Shown: positions 39,471 to 54,125, numbered from the stretch's first letter. The stretch: 64,000 nt of DNA from Eledone cirrhosa (GCA_964016885.1 OZ024759.1:34286001-34350000); one strand, 5' to 3'. The notes: generated from the letters alone by a model not told the origin. Numbers and translations: made by a program.

Positions 39471-39502
<32 letters not shown>

Positions 39503-39540
39503 CATATTTATATATATATATATATATTTATATATATACA

Positions 39541-39606
<66 letters not shown>

Positions 39607-39623
39607 CATATATATGTATATAC

Positions 39624-39859
<236 letters not shown>

Positions 39860-39925
39860 GTATATATATACATATATATATATACATATACATATATACA
39901 TATATATATATATTTACATATATAC

Positions 39926-39995
<70 letters not shown>

Positions 39996-40279
39996 GAATA
40001 GTTTTTGGCATTTGAAACGTTCTTTCAATATAACCTGCAAACTTCCTTATTGGTATATTAGTTTAAACAAGAATGATATGTATATATAATTTTGAAATGT
40101 GATTTAAATGTAAACCGAAATTCCTTTAATAAAATATTATTGAAACTAGAAAACAAGAAGGCGCAGCTTCTATGGAAATGGAAATTGATTAGGTTTATGG
40201 AATGAGAAAATTGCATGAATATAATCTCATATACACATACATATATATATATGAATATATATGTTTATATATATATTTA

Positions 40280-40377
<98 letters not shown>

Positions 40378-40463
40378 GATAAACAGGCGAAGCTCCAGAG
40401 TAACCCGACTATATATATATTTGTCTTTAAACATTCACACATATACGCAACCATGTCCATAGC

Positions 40464-40568
<105 letters not shown>

Positions 40569-40690
40569 TGTTTCATATAGAAATGGCTTCGACAGAACTA
40601 GAACTGTTTCATCCAAAATAATCATCAGGTCTTTCCTGATGAATACTTTTAATGAATCAGTCCTATAGAAGCCATATCGATATTAATAAT

Positions 40691-40866
40691 TTTGGCACAA
40701 GGCCAGCAATTACCCAGTGTATTACTGGTACTTTATTTTATCGACCCCGTAAGGATGAAAGGCAGAGTTAACCTCGGCGGGATTTGAACTCAGACCATAA
40801 AGGGTCGTAACTCTATGCTGTAAAGCATGGCGTCCGACCATCTACCGATACTGCCAATCCACCGCC
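40691..40866 (-). mobile_element. SINE with ~19-bp TSD inserted into a fold-back element
   Basis: CCATATCGATATTAATAAT at 40672-40690 and 40866-40884. Confidence 0.92.
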
Positions 40867-40966
40867 CATATCGATATTAATAATGATGTTTACACACTAC
40901 TAATGTATTGAATGCCTTACCCACGATTTAACACGAGACTCACAAGTACACACACACACACACACA

Positions 40967-41021
<55 letters not shown>

Positions 41022-41221
41022 AATACAAGGACGAATGGATAACCCTTCATTACGTTTATTGTTTAGTGATGCGCATTTCGCTGTTGATCAGCTCAAGGTT
41101 CGATCTGTATCGATCTGGCCTGACTCTGGAATCAAAAGCTCATCGGACCTCTGAAAGATAGGGAGGTGGGAAGAGCGATTCAGTTAAGAATAATACATAG
41201 ATGTCCATAGAGCCAAATAAT

Positions 41222-41421
41222 NNNNNNNNNNNNNNNNNNNNNNNNNNNNNNNNNNNNNNNNNNNNNNNNNNNNNNNNNNNNNNNNNNNNNNNNNNNNNNN
41301 NNNNNNNNNNNNNNNNNNNNNNNNNNNNNNNNNNNNNNNNNNNNNNNNNNNNNNNNNNNNNNNNNNNNNNNNNNNNNNNNNNNNNNNNNNNNNNNNNNNN
41401 NNNNNNNNNNNNNNNNNNNNN
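41222..41421. other. Assembly gap (200 N)
   Basis: Run of N followed by >700 bp of TA-rich repeat. Confidence 1.
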
Positions 41422-41498
41422 TATATATATATATATATATAATATATATATATATATATAATATATATATATATAATATATATATATATATATAATAT

Positions 41499-41849
<351 letters not shown>

Positions 41850-41874
41850 ATATATATATATATATAATATATAT

Positions 41875-41958
<84 letters not shown>

Positions 41959-42138
41959 TATATATAATATATATATAATAAATATATATATATAATATAT
42001 ATATATATAATATATATATATTTATAATATATATATAATATATATATATATAATATATATATATTTATAATATATATATAATATATATATAATAAATATA
42101 TATATAATATATATATATATAATATATATATATTTATA

Positions 42139-42170
<32 letters not shown>

Positions 42171-42230
42171 TATATATAATATATATAGAGATTACAATAA
42201 TCAAAGTTCAGTTTAAATCATTTATTTGCT

Positions 42231-42270
42231 TACAATTGTTTCCTCCAAACCGAGGTTTGGATTCTTCGGA
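42231..42270 (-). ncRNA. Degenerate hammerhead-like motif in (TA)n
   Basis: Minus: CCGAAGA-A-TCCAAACC-TC-GGTTTGGA-G-GAAACAATTGTA; stem II and palindromic stem III present, stem I not paired. Confidence 0.4.
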
Positions 42271-42372
42271 GGGGTGACATCCATCAAAATATATATATAA
42301 TATATATATATATATAATATATATATTATAATATATATATATATATAATATAATATATATATAATATAATAT

Positions 42373-42405
<33 letters not shown>

Positions 42406-42498
42406 ATATATATATATATATATAATATATATAATATAATATATATATATATATATAATATAATATAATATATAAATATAATATAATATATATATATA

Positions 42499-42530
<32 letters not shown>

Positions 42531-42531
42531 G

Positions 42532-42599
<68 letters not shown>

Positions 42600-43119
42600 A
42601 TGCATGCCTTCCTGCCTGTGTATGTGTTGTGAATAGATAAGTAACATGACTACTGTTTAAGTCTGGAATAATCTTTGAGAATCTTAAGAAAGGAAAGATT
42701 CCCCGTTCTAAAGACATCTGTGTAGGTGTGACTGCATTCTTCATAGATTCTACACACATGTATAGGAATTAGATGTATATGAATAGAATGGATTATTAGT
42801 ATTATATTCATATAGGAAATTGAATTTATCATAAGATAGTTCAAACTTGAGTAGCAGAATCTAAATACGTTCAGAAGCTTTCTTTAGAATATCCGTCAGT
42901 GCTCTGTCTTCGTATATATATTCATGTATGTCTGTATTTATCTATGCTCCTGTGACTCCTGAGGAAATTGTAGGAGTGATGTATTAATATAAGGCGTGTA
43001 TAAGGCATTTTCAAAGCCTGGTAGAGCCCATCTCGTATCCAGGCCTGAATACAATAGATTGCTTCCAGAGAACGATAGAGTGAGAGTGAGAGAATGAAAG
43101 TAAGAACGAGATATAGACA

Positions 43120-43277
43120 AGGAACGACCCAGTACGGCACTGGTACTTTTTATCGACTTGAAAACATGACAGACAAATTTGACATCGGTGGAGTTGGAAC
43201 TCGGACAGTAGAGAGCCGAAACTAAAACTAAAAAGCATGATCTCCGACATACTAACGATTCTGCCTATTCGCCGCTT
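43120..43277 (-). mobile_element. Old SINE copy
   Basis: CACTGGTACTTTTTATCGAC...GTTGGAACTCGGAC...AAGCATGATCTCCGAC..TTCTGCC. Confidence 0.65.
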
Positions 43278-43313
43278 GTCTGAGGTCAGATAGAGCCTGA
43301 AACATCCCATCAA

Positions 43314-43970
43314 ACCCCAATCCATTTGAGGGGACATAAGAGACAGAGAGACCCCAATCCATTTGAGAGGACATAAGAGACAGAGAGACCCCAATCCATT
43401 TGAGGGGACACAAGAGACAGAGAGACCCCAATCCATTGAGGGAACATAAGAGAGAGAGAAACCCCAATCCATTTGAGGGGACATAAGAGACAGAGAGACC
43501 CCAATCCATTTGAGGGGACATAAGAGACAGAGAGACCCCAATCCATTGAGGGAACATAAGAGACAGAGAGACCCCAATCCATTTGAGGGGACATAAGAGA
43601 CAGAGAGACCGCAATCCATTGAGGGAACATAAGAGACAGAGAAACCCCAATCCATTTGAGAGGACATAAGAGACAGAGAGACCCAAATCCATTTGAGGGG
43701 ACATAAGAGACAGAGAGACCCCAATCCATTTGAGGAGACATAAGAGACAGAGAGACCCCAATCCATTTGAGGAGACATAAGAGACAGAGAGACCCCAATC
43801 CATTTGAGGAGACATAAGAGACAGAGAGACCCCAATCCATTTGAGGAGACATAAGAGACAGAGAGACCCCAATCCATTTGAGAGGACATAAGACACAGAG
43901 AGATCCCAATTCATTTGAGGGGACATAAGAGACAGAGAGACCTCAATTCATTTGAGGGGAAGAGACAGAG
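43314..43970. repeat. 37-bp minisatellite, ~17-18 copies
   Basis: Unit CCCCAATCCATTTGAGGGGACATAAGAGACAGAGAGA (TCCATTTG at 43321 and 43358); some 36-bp variants. Confidence 0.97.
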
Positions 43971-44352
43971 AGGAATCATGTGATCCAGAGAGATACATTC
44001 TACATCTTATCCAGCTTATCCAGGAAATATCCAATCGTTGTATGTTCTCAGGACATATTTAATCGTAAATCAGAAACAATTTCGTTTTACAGACACAGAA
44101 ACTACCGCCATTGGAAATTCTCAAACACATATCCTGGTAAATCAATAACTGGTGTAACTTTCATGCTCCCTCTACAGTCACACACATACACAGTCACACA
44201 CTCACACACAGACATAGACACACACAAACACACACACACACACTCACACGCACACACACAAACAAACACACACTCACACGCACACGGCCGTTCAGATATG
44301 AATATATATGTTTGGATATATGTATATATATATAATTAGGAAACGAAGCAAG

Positions 44353-44423
<71 letters not shown>

Positions 44424-44498
44424 GAATATATATTTATATGTATGTGTATATATATATATATGTATATACACATATATATATATATATATATGTATGTG

Positions 44499-44548
<50 letters not shown>

Positions 44549-45098
44549 TATAAATACATATATAGAGAGAGAGAGAAAGAAAGAGAAGGGAATACAGAGA
44601 GGAATAGACGTGTAAAAATACACCTGTATTTTGTGTACATGTGTGTACATGTGTGTATCTGTGTGTGTGTGTGTGTGTGTTGGTGTCTATGTATATCCTT
44701 GTAAAACTCTGGGTATATATATTCAGATGTGTGTTTGTATATTATCTCAATCCATCTGTATGTATGCTGTGCACGCATATATACAGGTGTACTATGTGTG
44801 TGTGTTTGTGTGTGTGCGTGTTTGTTTGTGTCTGTGTGTGTGAGTGTCTGTGTGTCCTGTAAATATATTGGCACTATAATAACCCTTATGTTAGTGCTAT
44901 ATTAAACCCCAGATGTACACACACGCTGAATGCTAACGATAAAATAACTGAGTAGTACAGCTGGCGCCTCTGCCACCTAGATCGATACAGAGAAAGATTC
45001 ATGATGAACAGCCACAAATAATTCCTTATTCCTTCTTCAAGAAACTTCACAGTTCCGAAATTGTAAATAGACCATACTTGCTTAGGTCTTGCATACAC

Positions 45099-45208
45099 AC
45101 ACTGAGTGGTTAGAGAATTGGATTCGCTATCGTGAGGTTGTGAGTTCAATTCCTCGACTGGGTGATGTGTTATGTCCTTGAGAAAAACATTTTATTTTAT
45201 GTTGCTCC
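45099..45208 (+). mobile_element. Second SINE family (tRNA head + TGTCCTTGAG-type conserved core)
   Basis: TGAGTGGTTAGAG...GAGTTCAATTCC...GTGTTATGTCCTTGAGAAAAACATTTTATT, a CORE/V/Meta-SINE-like body. Confidence 0.65.
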
Positions 45209-45224
45209 TTCTGCCAGGATATGC

Positions 45225-45344
45225 TACCGATAGATAGTATTAGCAACTGGAAAGACCAATGGAAACATCGTTACCTCGGTCCGATTTAACGAGCTCCACC
45301 ACACTCGTTGAGTGAATGAGGTCTGCGATCTTGTCGATCGACAG

Positions 45345-45348
<4 letters not shown>
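45225..45348 (+). mobile_element. Single dispersed homologue of the 65-bp satellite unit and its left flank
   Basis: Reverse complement GGACCGAGGTAACGATGTTTCCATTGGTCTTTCCAGTTGCTAATACTATCT aligns to the satellite unit; carries CACTCGTTGAGTG and ends in (TA)n. Confidence 0.8.
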
Positions 45349-45413
<65 letters not shown>

Positions 45414-45553
45414 GGTCATTTTAGAAGCATCAACAATGCTGATGGGTAAATCTCCGGGTAACAGTATTAGATGCTAATGAGATGTAAGAGTAAATGTAGA
45501 ATGAGGCGTATAGTGGGTAGAGGAACATAGGAAAGAGTGTAAACATAATAACA

Positions 45554-45650
<97 letters not shown>

Positions 45651-45652
<2 letters not shown>

Positions 45653-45840
45653 TGTCTGGTCAGGGTTCACACAAACCCATGCAGGGCTGTCTTCCATTTT
45701 CCATCAATGGAGATGAGGGGGCTGTCCTGGCATGGGTTGTATGGATACGATTAAGGGACATGCATTGACCTAGGAAGGTGAAAGCCATCTGGTTTAGATG
45801 TGGCGACCTGATCGATGCCTTCATTGACGAATTTCAACTC
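45651..45840 (-). mobile_element. Vingi/Ingi (I-group) LINE C-terminal fragment
   Basis: With frameshifts: KPDGFHLPRSM / SLNRIHTTHARTA / WKMEDSPAWVCVNPDQT, matching PGF.LPR..W..LNR.RTGH....W...SP.C.CG...QT. Confidence 0.7.
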
Positions 45841-46483
45841 ATTCACAACTTGTACATATATCAATTAAATGCAGACAACGTGTTATTAGTAAAAATCCAA
45901 AAAAGATTTTCATAAACAAATCTAATTCAAATAACTACACGACAGATAACTAAAAACATAAAATGAAGGGAAGGGGTAAGTCTCTGGAGTCACAGAAGAA
46001 TGGCTGGGAAAAGACAAAGAGTGATGGGCCTAGGGTGCAGTGGTGGTGAAGCAGCGCCCGGCGGACAAGACCCCAAAAGCATTTCAATTGAATATAATGT
46101 TGAATTTCATTTATCGAAAATAGGCCTTTTGCCGTTGTTTCCAGACTTTAGGGACAGCGTGTAGATTACTTTAAGTACGAGTCACCATATTGTATCACAT
46201 TGATTCTGTTTGGGTATTACATTCAATGTGTGACTCCCTGTAGAATACACAGCAGTTTATAATGTTAATCTAACGAGCATCACTTTCTGTTTATCTAACT
46301 TTCAGTTGATCGACACCGACAAACAGTTCATTGATCCATTACAAATACAAACAGGTAGACACACAGATAGACATATGTATGTATATATATGTATATATAT
46401 ATATTTTTTTTTTTATGTATACATACATAATAAAAGGTCGATTTGTTATTTCTTCAATAATAATAATAATATTATTAAAAGGG

Positions 46484-46551
<68 letters not shown>

Positions 46552-46709
46552 CGCATATAGATATACATACACATATTCAGATACATATTTATACATATGT
46601 ATAAATATATATATATGTTTATATGCACACATGTATATATATATATATATATTTATACATATGTATAAATATATATATATGTTTATATGCACACATGTAT
46701 ATACACGTA

Positions 46710-46745
<36 letters not shown>

Positions 46746-47020
46746 ATTATAGATGTATAAAAGATGTGATATATAATGGTTCTGGAAGTTAGCATATTTG
46801 CCAACTGGGAGTCAGTATTAGGCGCCATATTATATCTCAACTCTAATGATTAATCCACACCACCTGACAAGATGTCGTCTGATATTTCCTTCAACACTTA
46901 CCTCCCTTTATGTTCTGGGGGAAATAACGCTGCGGTCCACTTTGCATATGTGTAGACACACACACACACACACAAACACACAGACATATATGTATATATA
47001 TATACACATACATAAATTTA

Positions 47021-47070
<50 letters not shown>

Positions 47071-47382
47071 TATACATATATGCGAATGTGTAAGTACATA
47101 TGTATATATGTATGTCTGTGTAGGTAATATATTTATATAATACAGATTACTAATATATATATATATATATATTTTTATAAATATATATAAATATATATAT
47201 ATATTTCTGAAGACAGCATATATATGTGAAGGTATGTATATTTCCTCTGATTGTTTGTAATATTTTTACATAGATCTATATGATTTACATACCAACACAC
47301 ATTATATCCTAGAAACGATCGAAAAATGATGAATCTTTTAATATAAGGAACTTGTTCTTTGTTTTTATTCAATGTTTTATTA

Positions 47383-47420
<38 letters not shown>

Positions 47421-47422
<2 letters not shown>

Positions 47423-47500
47423 CGAAGGAAATGTGGTAAGGAACCAGGTGGACCATAACGCACCAACGTACTCAATACTTAGGGTAGTAGAGTGGGTAAA
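47421..47500 (-). mobile_element. Family A tail-only copy
   Basis: ACGAAGGAAATGTGGTAAGGAACCAGGTGGACC...GTACTCAATAC...GAGTGGGTAA. Confidence 0.8.
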
Positions 47501-47534
47501 TATGTATATTTATAAGAATCTATATATATATGTG

Positions 47535-47865
47535 ATTTTGGACACCCTGCAGGACAAAATGCAAAACCTGACAAAGGTCAGAAGAACTCATAGGAGACAA
47601 CGGCCATCCACATATACACAGGTACCGCGTGGTTAAACCACTGGGAGTGAAGGACCCCTATCCTTTGTCAGGGCATACTTCTAGGAGAAGGCAACTCAGG
47701 AAACTGGGATAACTCCGATATAAAACCTATGGCTCAGTAGTTACCGATGATGTTGATCTTTTCTTCTTTTCAGGTTATAACTACTGTCGCTCAGAGAGTG
47801 GGATTGGCTCAGTTCACAGTCTTTCCTAACTTTAAAAAATCTTCACGCACAGGCATTGCACGATA
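47535..47865 (+). mobile_element. Diverged RTE 5' UTR-like fragment related to the 11068 family
   Basis: TTTGGACACCCTGCAGGAC..AAAACCTGACAAAGG...TCTAGGAGAAGG...GATGTTGATCTTTTCTTCTTTT...AGAGAGTGGGA aligns with the reverse complement of 11290-11560. Confidence 0.7.
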
Positions 47866-47950
47866 GAATTAATTAATAATTAATAATAATGGTATATCGT
47901 GCAATGGCCATACTCGATAACGAGGGGGCAACCATCATCATCTACATATA

Positions 47951-48077
47951 TAGCGGTCGAAACGGCTTGAGCTCAGCCGTCGGGGTCCTACTCGTTCCCA
48001 TTACCCACTCTACTACCCTAAGTATTGAGTACTTTGGTGCGTTATGGTCCACCTGGTTCCTTACCACATTTCCTTCG

Positions 48078-48079
<2 letters not shown>
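47951..48079 (+). mobile_element. Family A copy without inverted arm
   Basis: GTCGAAACGGCTTGAGCTCAGCCGTCGGGGTC...GAGTACTTTGG...TTCCTTCGT(TA)n. Confidence 0.8.
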
Positions 48080-48125
<46 letters not shown>

Positions 48126-48136
48126 CTATCTATCTA

Positions 48137-48195
<59 letters not shown>

Positions 48196-48218
48196 TTATA
48201 TATATATGTATATATATA

Positions 48219-48319
<101 letters not shown>

Positions 48320-48340
48320 GTATATATATATATATGTATA

Positions 48341-48467
<127 letters not shown>

Positions 48468-48638
48468 CTATCTATATATATACATATGCATGTTTGTATT
48501 CCAGTTATAATGCTTCTCGCAAATGATTTAATCTGATCGTGTGCTGGAATTAAATGATATATGTATATTAAATGTAAATCACGTGTATTTCATGAACGCT
48601 TGTAATGTATATACCTATATATACCCATATATATATAG

Positions 48639-48705
<67 letters not shown>

Positions 48706-48762
48706 ACTATTTATTTATATATATATATATATATATTATATAGTATATAATATATGTAATGC

Positions 48763-48799
<37 letters not shown>

Positions 48800-48958
48800 T
48801 GTGTGTATGTGTGAGAAACAGATGTGTACATGTGTGTGTTGCTTAGGTGTGTGAATATTTAATATATTCATTTTATGCTCGGTGACTAATGCCCGCACTT
48901 ATAGATGATTGAGTACACGTGCATGGTTTACGCCAGTACATATATAGATGTATATATG

Positions 48959-49056
<98 letters not shown>

Positions 49057-49057
49057 T

Positions 49058-49095
<38 letters not shown>

Positions 49096-49485
49096 TTATA
49101 TATATATATAATATAACATAATATATATATATATTCATATATATGTATAATATATAAAATATATATATATATATAATCATATATATGTATAATATATATA
49201 TATATATAAATATTCATATATATGTATAATATATGAATATTTATATATATATTCATATATATATATAATATATAATATATATATATATATATAAATATTC
49301 ATATATATGTATAATATATATATAATATGTATATATATATATATAATAATATAATAAATATATACATACATATTTATATATATATAATAATTGTATGTAT
49401 ATATATGTATATATATATATATATATTCATATATATATATATATATGAATATATATATAATATAATCATATATATATAATATATT

Positions 49486-49518
<33 letters not shown>

Positions 49519-50110
49519 TATATATATTCATATATATATAATATATATATAGATTCATATATATAAATATATATATTTATATAAACAGAAAGAGAGAGAG
49601 AGAAAGAGACATAGAGAGAGAAATATATATATATATACATATACAAACATATATATATAACACACACATATATATATATATACATTTATATACATATATA
49701 AACATATTTAAATACATATATGCTACTTATATGCACATGATGTACGCTTTACGAAATCCATTTGAAAATTGGTTTCCTGAAAAATCCTGATAAATATTCT
49801 GTAATTTATATTTCATGCCGTCAATGGAATGGAAAGAATTCTATTTCTGTTTCCTACCATTCCATCTGTAATAAATCAGGAATTCAGCAGAACCTTTCAA
49901 CGCAAAACTAAACTGTTTTTACCATTGAGGTCATGATGCCTCTAAACACCAGATTACAGCAATTGTTAATTAAAATTTTGTGCTGCTGAAAGAGTTAGTG
50001 ATAATACGGCTTTTATGAAGTCTAAGGGGAAATGCGTTGTATTCTAATGCTGCAAACACCCATGAATTTTTTATCTCTCTCTCCCCCTCTCTCTCCCTCT
50101 CTCTCTCTCT

Positions 50111-50150
<40 letters not shown>

Positions 50151-50304
50151 GCCCTCCCCCTGTCTTTATCTCTCTCTCTCTCTCTATCTATCTTTCTTTG
50201 CCTCTCTCTCTCACTCTCTCTCTCTGCCCCTATCTCTCTCTCTCTCTGCCCCTATCTCTCTCTCTCTCTCTAGCTCTCACTCACTATCTTTTTCTCATTA
50301 TCTG

Positions 50305-50385
<81 letters not shown>

Positions 50386-50417
50386 GTATATACATATATA
50401 TATACATATGTATATAC

Positions 50418-50483
<66 letters not shown>

Positions 50484-50759
50484 ATTCGTATGTGTATATA
50501 TTTGTATACACACCCACACACACACATATACATATAGACACACTAGGTTTACTAGTACGGTCAATTAGATTCAGGAAATGGGAGGGATAATCATGAGATA
50601 ATTATTTCTATCGGAAATTTGGTCTTGGAATAAATCTGTGAGGATCTCAGGTGATCGAAGGGGTTTGAATTGGATCAGCCCTGGAATATAGAGTTCGATC
50701 TCAACCTTCGATTTTCATTATATCAATACATCTTGTCATCATTCTCCTCATTTTGTTGT

Positions 50760-51224
50760 AGGGCAGTTGATTTACAGTTATCTGTAGAGCGTCGGATAAC
50801 ATGCTTCGTGGCATATAGTTACGGCCCTTTACTCTTCAAGTTCAAATCCTGCCGAAGTTATCTTTGCTTTTCGTCCTTACGAAATATTGGCTCGAAATAT
50901 TCGACATTTCCGACTCCCTCAAATTGTTGGCCTTGTGTCTAACTAGGGAACTATTATGAAGGAGTTCAAATCCTGCAGATATTAGCTTTGTCTTTCATTC
51001 GTATGGGGTCGATAAAGTAAAGTACATGTTATACACTGGTATCGATTCCATCGATTTTCCCCATTCCCCTACCCCCAAAATTGATGCCCTTGTGTGTAAA
51101 TCAGAAACCATTATAAATATCTCTGATTTTGACTTTGCCTTTCATCCTTACGGGGTCGATAAAATAAAGTACCAGTAATACACTGGGTAATTGCTGGCCT
51201 TGTGCCTAAAGTAGAAACAATTAT
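50760..51224 (+). mobile_element. Cluster of three SINE copies/fragments
   Basis: ~50760-50945, 50960-51112 (long tail), 51130-51224 (short tail). Confidence 0.8.
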
Positions 51225-51234
51225 TTGTAAGTGG

Positions 51235-51261
51235 TTCTGTGTGTCTGTGTGTCTGTGTGTC

Positions 51262-51298
<37 letters not shown>

Positions 51299-52345
51299 GT
51301 GTGTATGTGTGTGTATATGTGTGTATGGGTATGTGTGTATATGTATGTATATTCTATGTATATGTGTATATATGCCTGTGTATATTTGTATATGTGTGTA
51401 TATGTGTGTATAAATCTGCATATGTCGGTACATGTGTGTGTATGCCTGTGTATGCATGTGTGTATGTGTATGCATGTTTGTCTGTGTGTCAGCATGTGTA
51501 TATGTTTGTCTGTCTTTATATGTATGTATATGTCTCTATGTATGTATATGTGTCTGTGGATATAAATGTGTCTGTGTGTGTCCGTGTGTATATGTGTATA
51601 TGTATGTATGTGCATGTGTGTGTATGTGTCTATGTATGTCTGTGGATATATGTGGATATGTATGTCTGTGTGTCTGAGTGTGTATATACGTGTGTATGTA
51701 TGTGTATGTGTGTATATGTGTATATGTATGTGTGTGTGTGTGTCTGTATATGTGTTTATGTATCTGTGTGTGTGTGTCTGTATGTGCATATGTGTGTCCG
51801 TGTGTATATACGTCTATGTATGTATGTCTGTGTGCGTGTGTATTTGTGTATATGTGTCTATGTATGTATGTGTGTGTGTGTGCGTGTGTCCGTGTGTATA
51901 TGTGTCTATGTATGTATGTGTGTGTCTGTGTGTATATGTCTATGTATGGGTGTGTGTGCGTGTGTGTATATGTCTATGTATGTATGTGTGTGTGTGTGCG
52001 TGTGTGTATATGTCTATGTATGTATGTGCGTGTGTGCGTGTCTGTGTGTATATGTCTACGTATGTCTGTGTGTGTATGTGTGTCTGTGTGTATATGTCTG
52101 TGTATGTATGTGTGTGTGTCTTTGTGTCTGTGTGTCTGTATGTGCGTGTGTGTCTATGTATGTATGTGTGTGTGCGTGTGTCTGTGTGAATACGTGTCTA
52201 TGTATGTCTGTGTGTGTCTGTGTGTGTCTGTGTGTATATGTCTATGTATGTCTGCGTGTGTGTCTGTGTGTGTATATGTCTATGTGTGTATGTGTGTATG
52301 TCTGTGTGTGTGTATGTGTGTGTGTGTATGTGTGTGTATGTGTCT
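51235..52345. repeat. Compound (TG)/(TATG)/(TGTC) low-complexity tract
   Basis: Direct reading; source of the 366-384 aa V/C/Y ORFs. Confidence 0.95.
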
Positions 52346-52482
52346 CTGGTCCATGAATTGGATCCGTTCTATTGGTTCTGCCAAATCCTTTGATTCAGAC
52401 CGAGTCATTCTAACGAATCCCAATTCAAACAGGAGGAAATCTGCAAATTACCTGAACAGATCTCTTTCTTGGTCACATGACA

Positions 52483-52755
52483 CTGCTGCTGCTGCTGCTG
52501 CTTCTTATCATCATCAGCAGCAGCATTATCATCAACATCTTCACCATCATCAACATCATGGCCATCATCATTATCATCAACACCATCACCACCAACACCA
52601 CCATCATCATCACCACCATCGTCATCATCACCATCATCATCACCATACTCACCATCATCATCATCATCACCATCATCATCCCCATCATCATCCCCATACT
52701 CATCATCATCATCATCACCATCATCATCACCATCGTCATCATCATCATCGTCATC
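52483..52755. repeat. CTG + CAT/CAC trinucleotide tract
   Basis: Direct reading. Confidence 0.9.
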
Positions 52756-52827
52756 CTAACAGATGCAAATGTCAATAAAATCTAGCCAATATAAAAATGC
52801 TACTGACCCCTCTCTTCTGTCGCCTCA

Positions 52828-52880
<53 letters not shown>

Positions 52881-52881
52881 A

Positions 52882-53024
52882 TAGGAAAAGGTATGACTCC
52901 GACGGCAGAGCTCACACCGTTTCGACGGCTATTTCTGGACTAAATTAGGATTTTTAGCCTAGTAAATAAATAGCCGAACTTATCAAGGGGTACTTTGTCC
53001 ATCTGGTTCCTTACAATTCCTTCG

Positions 53025-53026
<2 letters not shown>
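52882..53026 (+). mobile_element. Family A relative (inverted arm + internally deleted tail)
   Basis: GGAAAAGGTATGACTCCGACGGCAGAGCTC..CCGTTTCGACGGCTATTTCTGG (as at 5664) ... CTGGTTCCTTAC..TTCCTTCGT(TA)n. Confidence 0.7.
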
Positions 53027-53082
<56 letters not shown>

Positions 53083-53297
53083 ATGGGAAGAAAGAGGAAA
53101 ACTGCGTGGTTGCACATGGGTTACATATTATAAAATTAGTCCCTCATCAGTGATTTGCCAACCATCATTGGTATTTCATCGCATTAAAAATCAGATACCT
53201 CAGGTTGGTGCGAGCAATAACTAAAATATGCTATTGGGACAAGTGAATCGCGTAAAGCGAGTGAGACAAGTAAATATATATATATATATATATATAT

Positions 53298-53701
53298 TTA
53301 AAAGTTAAACAGGTTCAATGAATAAATCAAAGAATGAATTTTACAATAGATTGGAAGCACTCAACCGTAGAGGTTTTCCATAGTTATTAATATTAATTAA
53401 AAATATTAACAAAACAGATATTCTTGTGATCAAATATATTTTATTATACATATTTCAGAGGTACTGAGTTAACTTCAACAGTACGTCCTCATCAGATTAA
53501 ATAAGATGATGCATGACATATCCTGACATAGTAGATGGTTAAGATTCAGTCGTGGTAGTACTACCAAGATTGAATCTTAACCATCTACTATGTCAGGGTA
53601 TGTCATGCATCATCATATTTTATCTGATGAGGACGTACTGTTGAAGTTAACTCAGTATCTCTGAAATATGTATAATAAAATATACTTGATCACAAGAATA
53701 T
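53298..53701 (-). mobile_element. (TA)n-embedded 284-bp palindrome plus tail (putative Penelope-like terminus)
   Basis: Palindrome 53418-53701 centred 53559/53560; minus-strand tail CCTCTACGGTTGAGTGCTTCC (53362-53357) runs into (TA)n. Confidence 0.75.
53615..53683 (+). ncRNA. Minimal type I hammerhead ribozyme (mirror copy 53436-53504, - strand)
   Basis: Stem I ATATTTTAT/ATAAAATAT, core CTGATGA (53624-53630), stem II with GTACTG/CAGTA(T/C), GAAA (53663-53666), short stem III ATA-TG-TAT, predicted cleavage after AUA at 53674. Confidence 0.7.
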
Positions 53702-53868
53702 ATATATATATATATATTGTTATACTTGGGGAGGGTCATATTGTTATAATATTGCCAGAAATAATAACATAACACACTCACTATTTGGTTGGTTTTCGCT
53801 TCTATATCTTTTATACCTCCATAGTGAATTTATTTGCCAATCAACGTTTATCATTGATTGACCAACGG

Positions 53869-54125
53869 TTAGGTTGGGTAAAATTCCCGAGATCCATGGA
53901 CGAGTTCTCTCCAGTGCTCTCTTTCCTTCATCATCGCCGCCATGTCCTGCGTCTTGCAGACACCAGATTCTGTCTTTAGGGCATGAAAATATGTTACCCT
54001 CGGTCTCCCTCTTCTAGTGTGTCCATGTAGGGACTCCCACAGGACCTCTGAGAACAGTGCCAACTCTGAATATCTGTGAGCATGTCCAGCTAACCTCAGT
54101 CTCCTCAGAGACACTTTCGACGTAT
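53869..54125 (-). mobile_element. RTE LINE ORF C-terminal fragment
   Basis: SKVSLRRLRLAGHAHRYSE...VLWESLHGHTRRGRPRVTY...MKEREHWRELV, a classic RTE terminus. Confidence 0.9.

Noticed and set aside
43011-43926. 199-292 aa repetitive ORFs
   Set aside because: All three minus frames are open because the 37-bp unit lacks stops; no domain signature.
51202-52778. 366-384 aa C/V/Y ORFs and a poly-Ala/poly-His tail suggestive of a transcription factor
   Set aside because: Composed of (TG)n and CAT/CAC microsatellite; the unique 130 bp at 52348-52480 has no recognisable domain or clear splice acceptor.
53090-53272. Additional hammerhead (minus CTGATGAGGG...CCC)
   Set aside because: No GAAA after the putative stem II; too degenerate to call.
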